Origin: Actinomycetota bacterium
GTDB lineage: Bacteria > Armatimonadota > SYMT01
DNA length: 55,304 nucleotides
Direction: 5' to 3'
Assembly: GCA_005805375.1 (NCBI GenBank)
Contig: SYMT01000553.1
Coordinates: 1 to 55,304, forward strand
The notes beneath the pieces are model-generated. The model did not search any database and was not told where the DNA came from. It saw nothing but the letters and a program-made list of their open reading frames with translations. Made by a program: the position numbers and the translations under genes. This document shows, one piece after another, positions 18,290 to 27,441 of the stretch; position 1 is the first letter of the stretch, and each line of letters begins with the position of its first letter.

Positions 18290-19426
18290 CTACCCGGACG
18301 GCGCCGCACTCTGGCCATTCAATCCGGCGCCGTTGGACGAGAGGCCGGCACGGAAATCGTCAAGCGAAGGCGCCCTCCAGGCAGCCAGTTCCAACTGTTC
18401 CAGCCGTTCCAGGTCGTCAATCCTACCCAGGTCGTTCTGCCACTCATCCGCGCCCGTGGCAAAGCGCTGCGTCAGAATTTTCGCCACAAACTCCCGCAGC
18501 CGGCGCACCGCCTCGTCTCGGGCGCCCTCGACCCGTCCCTCGACCCGCCCCTCTTCGCGCGCCCAGCGTTCCATCGGCAGTATGTACGACATGGTCTGCG
18601 CCTCCTCATACGCCTTCAGTGCTTCCCAGAACCGCTGCTCTTCCGCCTCCGGCAGCATCAGCATCCAGTTTACCAGCCGGAACAGCTTTCGCACCGTGAT
18701 CGTGTCCCACGGACCCTGATACAGCGCCTGCACCCGCGCCCATTTTGCCTCGTAGCGGGCGGCAACGTCATGTCGGGTCGCCAGCGCATCAAGGTGTGCC
18801 AGGATAATCACCGCGAACGGGTTCGAGCTCGCCGCCAACTCCTCCCGCCGATCCGCCCAATCCAGGATCTTCGTGACCCGGTACTTCCAGATCGTGAGGC
18901 AACCTTCGCCCTCGCACAGGTATTCGTCCGGCCGCCAAGCGGGAGTGTCGTCAATCAGCACCGCCAGCCCGATCGGCTGGGTGGCGTAGTGGACGCGGAT
19001 CAGATCGCGGTAGAGCCCCATGCGCTCCGGAAACTCATCACCATATTGCGTTTGTGCCTGGAGTTCCATGTGGACCAGCCGCGCCACGGCGGGGGCGGCG
19101 CGCAGGCGCAGTTCAATGAGGTGGTCCACGTGGTGCGGACCACGCAGCGCGTGGGCGCCGAAGCGACGCAGCTCCTGGGAGCGGAAGACGGGAGTCACCG
19201 ACCAGTCCACCAGGTCGGCGAGTTCCGGGTCGTTGAGCTCCAGGAACTCCCGGAAGAACTGTTCGGTCGCATCCTTCCAGGGCCCATCGTAGTCGGACCG
19301 CGCGGACGTGGTCCCTGCGGCGACGGCAGACGACAGTTCCCGTGCGTCCCCCGGCGCCGATTGGCGCGTCGGCTCACAGTCATCCGCAGTCAAGGGCGCG
19401 GGTTGATCGGTCTCTTCCTGTCTCAT
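18290..19426 (-). CDS. Rpn-family / PD-(D/E)XK nuclease-like protein with a C-terminal DUF4351-like domain (putative recombination-promoting nuclease/transposase family)
   Basis: The signature DYDGPWKDATEQFFREFLE is present. A nuclease-like core reads VDHLIEL...LVHMELQAQTQ. Further matches are NPFAVIILAHLDA and LFRLVNWMLMLPEAEEQRFW. The C-terminus (AKILTQRFA...IDDLERLEQLELAAWRAPSLDDF) matches the DUF4351 pattern. The ATG (19424-19426) overlaps the PhyH stop. Confidence 0.75.
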   Translation of the reverse strand: MRQEETDQPAPLTADDCEPTRQSAPGDARELSSAVAAGTTSARSDYDGPWKDATEQFFREFLELNDPELADLVDWSVTPVFRSQELRRFGAHALRGPHHVDHLIELRLRAAPAVARLVHMELQAQTQYGDEFPERMGLYRDLIRVHYATQPIGLAVLIDDTPAWRPDEYLCEGEGCLTIWKYRVTKILDWADRREELAASSNPFAVIILAHLDALATRHDVAARYEAKWARVQALYQGPWDTITVRKLFRLVNWMLMLPEAEEQRFWEALKAYEEAQTMSYILPMERWAREEGRVEGRVEGARDEAVRRLREFVAKILTQRFATGADEWQNDLGRIDDLERLEQLELAAWRAPSLDDFRAGLSSNGAGLNGQSAAPSG

Positions 19427-20157
19427 GTTCCAATCTGGAAGTACACATTGCCGTTGTCCAACCCGGTTCCCCGTACCAGGTACTGGCGGCGGTCCGGCGT
19501 ATTCTGGATGCGCGTAGCCGAAGTGACGTATCGGATGGTGAGCGCGGCGCGGCGGGCGCCGGACCGGTTGGGGTCGGAGCCATGCACCAGATAGGAGTGG
19601 TGGAACGAGACATCACCGCGCCGCATGAGGAGATCTACCGCGCAGGACTCGTCAAATACGCCCGGCGGCAACTCGAACGGACGGGCCTGAATCAGGTCGG
19701 GCTCTTCCACGGGGCGCTGCCCAAGATCCAGGTTCCCGCGATGCGTCCCTGGGATCACTCGCATGCATCCGTTCTCTCCCGTCGCATCATCCAGAGCCAC
19801 CCAGGCCGTCACAGCTACCTTCGGCTCGACCCGCCACCAGTAGGGCCCGTCCTGGTGCCAGGCCACCTGGAGCCCGCCCGGTGGCTTGTTCAGGATATGG
19901 GAGTACAGCAGTACGAGATCCGGTCCGAGGAGAGCTTCCACGCAATCCAGCAGCTTCGGCATGGTGCAGACGTCGTAGATCGGCCGGTGGTGGTAGTGGG
20001 CCTCACGCAGGGGATCGTCGTTCTTGTCGCTCCACGTCACCTCCTGGTTCCGCACCAGGTACTCTTCCACGGGCGCCAGTTCCGCCGCGGTGAACAGCGC
20101 GGGAACGGTGATGAAGCCGCGCGCCGCGTAGTCGTCCACCTGTTCCGGCCCCAGCAT
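19423..20157 (-). CDS. Phytanoyl-CoA dioxygenase (PhyH) family Fe(II)/2OG oxygenase
   Basis: The internal ATG at 20157 (MLGPEQVDDYAARGFI) is used. The facial triad is WHQD ... VHGSDPN. GENGCMRVIPGTH is also present. The start lies 2 nt after the SDR stop. Confidence 0.85.
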   Translation of the reverse strand: MLGPEQVDDYAARGFITVPALFTAAELAPVEEYLVRNQEVTWSDKNDDPLREAHYHHRPIYDVCTMPKLLDCVEALLGPDLVLLYSHILNKPPGGLQVAWHQDGPYWWRVEPKVAVTAWVALDDATGENGCMRVIPGTHRGNLDLGQRPVEEPDLIQARPFELPPGVFDESCAVDLLMRRGDVSFHHSYLVHGSDPNRSGARRAALTIRYVTSATRIQNTPDRRQYLVRGTGLDNGNVYFQIGT

Positions 20158-20159
20158 CC

Positions 20160-20921
20160 TCAGGCTCCCATCTGTGTCACCCGGCCGCCGGAAACGGGCA
20201 GGTAGGTGCCGGTCACGTAGGACGCAAGATCGCTCAGGAAGAAGACACATGCCTTCCCGATTTCGTCCCCGCTGCCGTGGCGCCGGAGCGGGAGTGAGCG
20301 GGCAAAGTTGCGAGACCCCTCGGAAGACACATCCACTTTCTCGGTCACCATCCAGCCCGGCGCCACCATGTTCACCGTGATCCCATCCGGCCCCAGTTCG
20401 CACGCGAGGGAACGGCTGATCCCGACCATCGCGCCCTTTCCGGCCATGTAGACCGACCAGTTGGCGGGCGCCATGTTCCAGAGTTCGGTGACGATGTTTA
20501 CGATGCGGCCCCCTCCCTGCGCCTGCATGTGCGGGCGTACCGCCTGGATCATCTCGACCACCGCCCGGCAGCCGAAGTCGAACGCCGTCACGTAGTCCTC
20601 CATCGCCGCCTCCTCCAGCGCACCCATCTGCCGTCCGCCGATGGCGTTGTTGACCACTCCATCCACCTGTCCGAACGCACTGACGACCTCCGCCACCATC
20701 CGGCGTACCTGCTCACCGTCCCGCACGTCAGCGGCGAAAGCCTGTGCGGTCCCCCCGGCCGCCGTGATCTCCGCCACAACCTCCTCTGCCTTCTCCCGGC
20801 TCGCCGAGTAGTTCACCGCTACCGTCGCGCCGTGAGTGGCCAGCACGCGGCTCACGCACGCGCCGATCCCGCGCCCCCCGCCCGTCACGATCGCGACCTT
20901 TCCGTCCAGCAACCCGCCCAT
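20160..20921 (-). CDS. Short-chain dehydrogenase/reductase (FabG-like SDR)
   Basis: The internal ATG at 20921 (MGGLLDGKVAIVTGGGRGIG) has an AGGAGG SD. NNAIG and YMAGKGA (YxxxK) motifs are present. The upstream 190 codons of the listed ORF are non-coding-like. Confidence 0.9.
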   Translation of the reverse strand: MGGLLDGKVAIVTGGGRGIGACVSRVLATHGATVAVNYSASREKAEEVVAEITAAGGTAQAFAADVRDGEQVRRMVAEVVSAFGQVDGVVNNAIGGRQMGALEEAAMEDYVTAFDFGCRAVVEMIQAVRPHMQAQGGGRIVNIVTELWNMAPANWSVYMAGKGAMVGISRSLACELGPDGITVNMVAPGWMVTEKVDVSSEGSRNFARSLPLRRHGSGDEIGKACVFFLSDLASYVTGTYLPVSGGRVTQMGA

Positions 20922-21599
20922 CCGCTTCTTCCTCCTACGGTGATCCCGGCATCCGTCCGCACCCGCACCAGCGTCCGCCCCGGCAGACACTGCTCGCCCC
21001 ATCCTTCGGCGCGCGCCGGGCGGGTTCCTTCGAGACGACGGACCACGCGAGTCCCTCCGATCACGCCTGCGGGTTGGGGGAGACCGGACCGGCGCGGTCC
21101 CGCAGGTGGCGATGCTGAACACGCTGTCCCTTTGAGAGCACAACCGGCTCGTCGGAGGGATCGAAGCTGCATCTTTGGCAGAGACGATACTTACCTCTTC
21201 GAGAACGTCCGTAACTGCGGCATTGGGATGTTCAGTCACGATCGTGGTGGAGGAACATACCAACCACACCTTCGCCGTGCCCTTCGACTTGCGCGCCGAC
21301 CCCTCCGTCGCCTGGGATGGGCCGGGGAACAAGCCCAATTGGGTGACCGCGGAGTTCAGCTTCCGGTACCGGTGACACTCGCTCGTCCCCGGCACGCTCA
21401 TCTGTGGTGACCGGCCCTGCCCGGTACCCGACACCACACTTAACAACCGGAAGCGCACGGGCCGCGGTCTCTGGCAGGCCTTCGCAGCCATGGGCCCCCA
21501 TCAGGTGGGCCATCTGGGGCCCATCAATGTATTCCCGCTCCCGCCGGCATCGAGGGCAAAGCGATCGAGCAGGACGGGCTTGTCAGCCCGGCGCCGCAT

Positions 21600-21980
21600 G
21601 TGAAACACCGGAAGTACGTCAACCTCAAACCCCCATCCGGCTTCACAGAGATCCCCCGCGCCGTTCGCGTCTCGGACCTCCGCCGGGAACACTACACAAC
21701 CGGAGACCGCGCCGAGTACTGCATCGGACTGTTCTCGGAGGATGCGACTCCCACCTCACGGTTGCCGCCGCTCATTCAGCGCATGGTAGCAGTGGACGCC
21801 TGCTCTCAGGCTCCCACCAATCCGCTGCTCTCACGGCACGTGTTCCTCCCTGCGACCTTCTCCGGCGCCGGCTGGGAGGCAATCCAGGAAATGAGGTCAC
21901 CGCGAGACGTCGTGGACCGTAACACCCGACCCGGCGCGTCTTTCATCGGGATGACCAGGCCGGGACGGAGCGACACCTGA
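21600..21980 (+). CDS. Hypothetical protein (weak call) within an otherwise unannotatable 1.2-kb stretch
   Basis: A hand count over the first roughly 62 codons gives about GC1 61%, GC2 48% and GC3 80%, the canonical pattern for this genome. The amino-acid composition is protein-like. Against the call: the start is GTG with no SD, I recognise no family, and an antisense ORF shares the same third positions. Confidence 0.3.
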   Translation: MKHRKYVNLKPPSGFTEIPRAVRVSDLRREHYTTGDRAEYCIGLFSEDATPTSRLPPLIQRMVAVDACSQAPTNPLLSRHVFLPATFSGAGWEAIQEMRSPRDVVDRNTRPGASFIGMTRPGRSDT

Positions 21981-22153
21981 CCCGGAGCCGGCAGGCGAGA
22001 TAGACCGGGGCGAGCCCCGACGGGGGACCCCGAATGCCTCGCACACTCGTAGGCTTGCGGACGAGGGGCGACTCGCGATCTATTCGGGCCGTCTCCGCCT
22101 GGACCACTGTTCGCCCAGAACACGCCGTCATCCAGCATCCACAGCGACTGTCC

Positions 22154-23200
22154 TCAGTGTCCCGGTGGGGGGCCTGTTCGACTGCGGCGCGCCGCCACCG
22201 GCATGCCCGCCACCTTCAGCCACTTCCGGCTGAACCGCAGCCGCGCCTCCCCGGATTGAACCATCTGCGTCCCGGCTCGGGTGTTATTCGCGGGCGGCAG
22301 GCCAACCAGCGGACCGGAAAGGTCCAGTCCGAGCACCCGCTTCCAGGCCAGATCGAAGTACATCGTGCCGGTCAGCGGCGTTTCCACCTCCCCGCGTACA
22401 TCCGGCGCCGGACGGCGCATGGTCAGCCACACATGGATGCGCGCGACGTCGCGACCGTCCCGCCGGACCACATCCTGAAGCCGGCACCGCAAGAGGGTGG
22501 CCGCATCACCGAGTTGGGCACGGAGTGCGGGCGCGTCCGGTGTCCACGTCTCCCCGGTCGCAACAGCCCTTCCCGGAAGGAAGTGGGCGTCCACACCCAG
22601 GAATTGCTGCTCCAACTCCTTTTCGCCGCCCAGCGTGGGCTTGCCCTGCTCGGCGCGCACTACCACGCGCCCGTCCGGAAGGCGCCGAACCACCGCCGTG
22701 CAGCCCTCCAGTTCGGACTTCGTTACCCGCTCCCCGAGCGGAGACTTGACGGCGTCCCCAGCTTCGCGACACCGGATGCGCAGTGCCGCCACGCCGGCCT
22801 CGTCCACCGCCAGCACCTGCTCGGAGAAACGAAAGAACTCGCGCTGCTGCGCGGTGACCCGGCGGATCACCAGCCGTGGTCTCTTTCCCTCGATCCGCTC
22901 TTCGGACACCACACGATAGGTCAGGGCCAGGCGCGATTCGGCGCGCCACTCGTCAACGTCGCCGACAGCGTACTCCGCCCCCAGCACGTACCGGCGCGGC
23001 GCCGCTCCGGAATTCTCTGCCGGGCCTTCCGGGAGTGCGCCCACACCCACCGGAGAAGCGGCAACAACCGCCAGTAGCAGCACTACGGCCTTCGCAGCAA
23101 TCGTGTTCAACACCCTGAGCACCCCGGTGGGACCATCGGCAGACCCGGACCGGGAAACATCCTCAAATGGATTACGCCGGAAGACCTGATCTCGCTCCAT
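22154..23200 (-). CDS. Membrane-anchored or secreted hypothetical protein
   Basis: The internal ATG at 23200 (MERDQVF...) is followed by a hydrophobic segment AAKAVVLLLAVVAASPVGVGA. The rest is a mixed beta-rich sequence with no recognised family. Confidence 0.55.
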   Translation of the reverse strand: MERDQVFRRNPFEDVSRSGSADGPTGVLRVLNTIAAKAVVLLLAVVAASPVGVGALPEGPAENSGAAPRRYVLGAEYAVGDVDEWRAESRLALTYRVVSEERIEGKRPRLVIRRVTAQQREFFRFSEQVLAVDEAGVAALRIRCREAGDAVKSPLGERVTKSELEGCTAVVRRLPDGRVVVRAEQGKPTLGGEKELEQQFLGVDAHFLPGRAVATGETWTPDAPALRAQLGDAATLLRCRLQDVVRRDGRDVARIHVWLTMRRPAPDVRGEVETPLTGTMYFDLAWKRVLGLDLSGPLVGLPPANNTRAGTQMVQSGEARLRFSRKWLKVAGMPVAARRSRTGPPPGH

Positions 23201-23674
23201 CGCGGCGTCCGGGCTAGCGAAGGGTGGGGAGCGCAAATCCCGCACACCGGCGCTCCCAGTTCCGGGGCCACGGAGGCGTCCTCCGGTGGCACTCGCGCGA
23301 TGCACCGGCAGTGGCGCTTTGGAGATGTTTCCCCGGCGGACGGCGCGGTGAGGTCCGCGAAATTCGGACCTCCCTGGGAACGCGCCTGCCCGCCGGCCGC
23401 CCGCCGGCACGCTCACCTCCCTGGCGGTGGGTCTCACCCATCCTGAATGACCCGCATCGGATCTGTTCCACGGCGCTCCGCCGGTGCAGGCACAACTAAC
23501 ACTCGGGATGAAGTCGGATGGAACCCTGCAACATTGGCTCGCCACTTCCGATAAGATGATTCTGCCACTCCTGGGCGCCACTTCCCGCTCGCGACAATTC
23601 GCTGGTGACTCTACACCGGAATGCCACTTCCTCAAACTTTTTCGCGCGTTGCCCTACGCCCCCGGTCCGCCCGC

Positions 23675-24634
23675 ATGCGTGCGCTGGTGCGAGACCAACA
23701 TGGGGTGCGATTGGCCCAACTTCCCCGGCCCCGGGCTGATCAGCCCAATGATGTGCTGATCCGGGTGGTGGCCGCGGGATTGTGTCGTACAGATCTCTAT
23801 GTCGCGCGTGGATTGCTGGCGGCACGCACTCCGGTGGTGCTGGGGCACGAACTCTCGGGAGTGGTTGAAGAGGTCGGCGCCGGAGTCGCCCCGCTTCGTC
23901 CCGGAGACCGGGTGGGGGTGCTCCCCTGGATTCCCTGCGCTGAATGCTCGGAGTGCTTGCGAGTTGCTGCGCAGCCACGCGCTTTGCGCTGCACGCACGC
24001 AGCCATGCTCGGCGTAGACCGGGACGGCGCGTTTGCAGAGTTCCTGTTGGTGCCGGAGGAGTGTGTCATCGCGGTCCCCGCCGGGTTGCCGCCACTCGCC
24101 GCCGCCTACCTGGAGCCGGTAGCGGCGTCGCTGGCGGTACTGAAGGCGGACCTTCACCCGGGCCAACGCGGCTTGCTGCTGGGCGAGAATCGCATCGCCG
24201 AACTCACCCGCCGCGTCCTCGCGGCGCACGACTTTCATCACCTCGCGACCTGGAGCGCAGGTCAGCCCGAGCCGGAACCCGGCGTGTATGACTTCGCCAT
24301 CGAAACGCATGCCACCCCGGGGATCCTGGAAGTCATGATGCGGGCGCTGAAGCGCGGCGGCCTGGCGGTGTTGAAGAGCCGTCCCGCGAGCGCCGTGTCG
24401 CTGGATGTACGCAAGGCCGTGCTGCGGGAACTGCGCTTCCACGGCGTCAACTACGGGAGTTTCGACGACGCCATCCGCCTGCTCGCCTCCGGGCGCCTCG
24501 AACTCGACGGGCTCCTGGGTCCTGTCTTCGCGCTCGAGGAGTACGAGGCACTCTTTGCTCACGCGGAACGGGACGAGACCGCCAAGCCTTTCTTTTCCTC
24601 GAATTCGGCCGAAGCACCGACCACCGCAGACTGA
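23675..24634 (+). CDS. MDR-family zinc-type alcohol dehydrogenase-like protein with a degenerate dinucleotide-binding motif
   Basis: The ATG is at 23675 (MRALVRDQHG). Zinc-ligand context is present: GLCRTDL and GHELSG. The structural-Zn Cys cluster reads CAECSEC...C. Where GxGxxG is expected, the sequence reads LLLGENRIAEL. Confidence 0.8.
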   Translation: MRALVRDQHGVRLAQLPRPRADQPNDVLIRVVAAGLCRTDLYVARGLLAARTPVVLGHELSGVVEEVGAGVAPLRPGDRVGVLPWIPCAECSECLRVAAQPRALRCTHAAMLGVDRDGAFAEFLLVPEECVIAVPAGLPPLAAAYLEPVAASLAVLKADLHPGQRGLLLGENRIAELTRRVLAAHDFHHLATWSAGQPEPEPGVYDFAIETHATPGILEVMMRALKRGGLAVLKSRPASAVSLDVRKAVLRELRFHGVNYGSFDDAIRLLASGRLELDGLLGPVFALEEYEALFAHAERDETAKPFFSSNSAEAPTTAD

Positions 24635-24643
24635 CCGCTTGCT

Positions 24644-26578
24644 ATGTGTGGCATTGCGGCCCATCTGTCCAGGGCAGGACCCGCAGACTCTCGCGGCGTC
24701 TCGCGCGCGCTGCGGGCGCTCCGGCACAGGGGTCCGGATGGGAGCGCCCTCTACGCGCCGCCGGGCGGCCCGGTAGCGCTGGGCCTGACCCGGCTGGCCA
24801 TCCTCGCGCCCGAAGAGCCCGCGACCGTCATTTCCAACGAGGATGGCTCCATCCGCGCCGTGGTCAACGGCGAGTTTTACGGCTTCGAGCAGATCCGCGC
24901 CGGGCTGGAGAGCCAGGGCCACCGGTTTGGCACCCGGCTCGATAGCGAGGTGCTGATCCACCTGTACGAGGAGCGGGGGTTTCGCTTCCTCGATGCGCTG
25001 CGCGGTGAGTTCGCATTCGTGCTCTGGGACTCGCGGTCCCGGCTGCTGCTCGCCGCTCGGGATCGGTTCGGCATCAAGCCGCTGTGCTATGCGGTGCGAG
25101 GCGGGGAGCTGTGGCTCGCCTCCGAGGCGAAGGCGCTGTTCGCGGCAGGCCTTCCGGCGGAGTGGGACGCGGCCGCCGTGTACCAGGCGCTCCAGGTACA
25201 GTATCTGCCTCCGTCGCGAACGTTGTTCGCAGGCGTGCGACAGGTGCCTCCGGGGCACCTGCTGTTGGCGATGGATGGGGAGGTGCAGGTCCGCCGCTAC
25301 TGGGATCTGGACTATCCGGTCTGCGACGAGCCGGACCCGGGTCGCACCGAAGCGGACTGGGTCGAGCAGGTGCGACACGACCTGAGCGAAGCCGTGCGAC
25401 TGCGACTGCGCGCAGATGTTCCGGTAGCCTGTGTTGTGAGTGGCGGCATTGATTCAAGCAGCATCCTTGGGCTGGCAGCCCGGGAATCGGGGCGCGCGCC
25501 CGATGCCTTCACCGTGGGCTTCGACGACGCGGCCTATGATGAGAGTTCGATCGCTGCTGAAATGGCGGCACGGGTGGGCGGACACCTCCACCACCTCCGT
25601 CTCAGCCGGGAGGCACTGCTCGAGGCCCTGCCCGACGCAGTTTGTGCCGGAGAAGGGCTGGCGATCAACGGGCATCTACCGGCTAAATACCTCCTGTCCC
25701 GGGTCGTACGGGATGCCGGGTATCGGGTAGTTCTCACCGGAGAGGGCGCCGACGAGTTGTTCGCGGGCTATGCCCACCTCCGGCGCGACCTCTGGCTGCA
25801 TGAAGGCGCCGGAGCCCCGCAACTCGAGGCGCTGGTTGCGTCCAATACGGCGTCAGCCGGCACGATGCTCCCGTGGGGCGAAAGCCTGCCCCTCGGTTCG
25901 CTGGTGCGAACACTCGGATTCGTCCCTGCGTTTCTGGAGGCCAAGGGTACTCTCGGCCGGCGGGCGCACGCGCTGCTCTCCGATGACTTTTTGCGGGAGT
26001 TCGCAGACAGCGATCCGTTTCATCGCCTCCTGGCGGATTTCGATGTTACCGGGCAACTCGCCGGCCGCCACCCGATCCATCAGTCCCTCTATCTCTGGAA
26101 CCGGCTGGCTCTGTCCGGCTACATTCTTCGCACCCTCGGCGACGGCACGGAAATGGCGCACTCCGTCGAAGGGAGGGTTCCGTTTCTGGACCACCACCTC
26201 TTCGAAAGCGTCCGGCAACTCCCGCCGTCACTGCTGATCCGCGGCGCTACCGAGAAATACATCCTGCGCGAGGCCGTCCGTCCCTGGGTGACGCCCACGC
26301 TCTATCACCGGCAGAAACACCCGTTCCTCGCCCCACCGCTGGCGCTCTGCGGCAGCCGGGGTGCATACGGGCTGGTGCAGGATACACTCCGGGGTAGTGG
26401 TCTCGCGGCTTTCCCGTTTTTTGACCGGCAACGCGTTCTTACGTGGCTGGATTCGCTCACGCAGGCGACCCCGGAAGAACAACGCGCCGCCGATCCGGTC
26501 CTGATGCTGGTGCTCTGCGCGGCACTGCTCCAGGAACACTATCGGCCGGGTGCATCGGCAGGAGATACGACGAGATGA
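24644..26578 (+). CDS. Asparagine synthetase B-type glutamine-hydrolysing amidotransferase
   Basis: The N-terminal MCGIA provides the class-II GATase Cys2 nucleophile. The PP-loop SGGIDSS is present. The length is 644 aa. Confidence 0.9.
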   Translation: MCGIAAHLSRAGPADSRGVSRALRALRHRGPDGSALYAPPGGPVALGLTRLAILAPEEPATVISNEDGSIRAVVNGEFYGFEQIRAGLESQGHRFGTRLDSEVLIHLYEERGFRFLDALRGEFAFVLWDSRSRLLLAARDRFGIKPLCYAVRGGELWLASEAKALFAAGLPAEWDAAAVYQALQVQYLPPSRTLFAGVRQVPPGHLLLAMDGEVQVRRYWDLDYPVCDEPDPGRTEADWVEQVRHDLSEAVRLRLRADVPVACVVSGGIDSSSILGLAARESGRAPDAFTVGFDDAAYDESSIAAEMAARVGGHLHHLRLSREALLEALPDAVCAGEGLAINGHLPAKYLLSRVVRDAGYRVVLTGEGADELFAGYAHLRRDLWLHEGAGAPQLEALVASNTASAGTMLPWGESLPLGSLVRTLGFVPAFLEAKGTLGRRAHALLSDDFLREFADSDPFHRLLADFDVTGQLAGRHPIHQSLYLWNRLALSGYILRTLGDGTEMAHSVEGRVPFLDHHLFESVRQLPPSLLIRGATEKYILREAVRPWVTPTLYHRQKHPFLAPPLALCGSRGAYGLVQDTLRGSGLAAFPFFDRQRVLTWLDSLTQATPEEQRAADPVLMLVLCAALLQEHYRPGASAGDTTR

Positions 26579-27441
26579 TTCAGAGGGAACTTCCCGCAGG
26601 CGGACCGGACGCGGTGTGCGCCGCGCTGTACGCAGGCGCCGTGTTTCTGCTGCCTGCATCCCCGCCGACCCACGCGCTGGCGGCGGATGTGGCTCGGCTG
26701 CTGGAAGAGGAGTTCGGGACGGGGCCCTTTCATGAAGCGCAATTTCGGTTGACACCCGACGAATTCTTCAACGCAGCGGGCCGCGTCCGCCGGAGAGTGT
26801 ACCTGGAGGCCCCGTTTCCGGCTCACGTTGCCGGGACCATGCAGTCGCTGGGATTCGAGCCGGACGTGCATGCCTACGACCCGCTGCGCCTGCGGGTGAA
26901 CGCCCACGCCGCCGGTGACAATCCCGACGCACGCCCGGTGTACTACGCCCACCGGGACACCTGGTACGCCAACCCCCAGTGCCAGATCAACTGGTGGGTC
27001 CCACTCCACGACGTGTCCGAGGAGGAGACGTTCGTCTTCTTCCCCGAGTACTTCGCCCGCCCCGTCGAGAATGATTCACGGGACTTCGACTACGACGAAT
27101 GGATGCAGGGCGGCCCGGAACTCCGCATCGGCTGGCAGAACCCGGGCGCGGGCCGCACCGCACACTATCCCGCATTCTTCGGAGATTTGGGCAAGACGCC
27201 GCGGGTCGGGTTCTCCGCGCGGGCCGGAGAGTTGCTCCTCTTCTCGAGCGCCCACCTGCACCAGACCGTGCCGCACCGTACCCGGCGGACGCGCTTCAGC
27301 GTGGACTTCCGTACTGCGCACATGGGCGATCACACGGCGGGGATCGGCGCCCCCAATGTGGACAACGGCTCCACCGGCTCTGCGCTGCGAGACTATGTCC
27401 TCCCGGGTGTGCCCTGGAGTTTTGCTGCCGGACACCGATAG
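26575..27441 (+). CDS. Cupin / Fe(II)-2OG-oxygenase-like protein (putative)
   Basis: The ATG at 26575 overlaps the asnB-like stop (ATGA). A candidate HxD...H triad is YAHRDTWY ... SSAHLHQTVPH, and RFSVDFR follows it. No family is confidently recognised. Confidence 0.55.
   Translation: MIQRELPAGGPDAVCAALYAGAVFLLPASPPTHALAADVARLLEEEFGTGPFHEAQFRLTPDEFFNAAGRVRRRVYLEAPFPAHVAGTMQSLGFEPDVHAYDPLRLRVNAHAAGDNPDARPVYYAHRDTWYANPQCQINWWVPLHDVSEEETFVFFPEYFARPVENDSRDFDYDEWMQGGPELRIGWQNPGAGRTAHYPAFFGDLGKTPRVGFSARAGELLLFSSAHLHQTVPHRTRRTRFSVDFRTAHMGDHTAGIGAPNVDNGSTGSALRDYVLPGVPWSFAAGHR

Noticed and set aside
21373-21375. The in-frame TGA in the GC3-rich plus frame considered as a selenocysteine codon.
   Set aside because: I found no convincing SECIS-like hairpin immediately downstream and no recognisable selenoprotein family. 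The downstream translation becomes Arg-rich and of low quality. A decayed gene or a non-coding region is more parsimonious.
23529-23557. A candidate promoter for the NRPS-like operon. TAAGAT at 23552-23557 sits in the same GATAAGATG context as the strong promoter at 33282.
   Set aside because: No acceptable -35 hexamer occurs at 16-18 nt spacing (caacat / aacatt / gcaaca), and there is no extended -10 TG. It is too weak to report as a feature.
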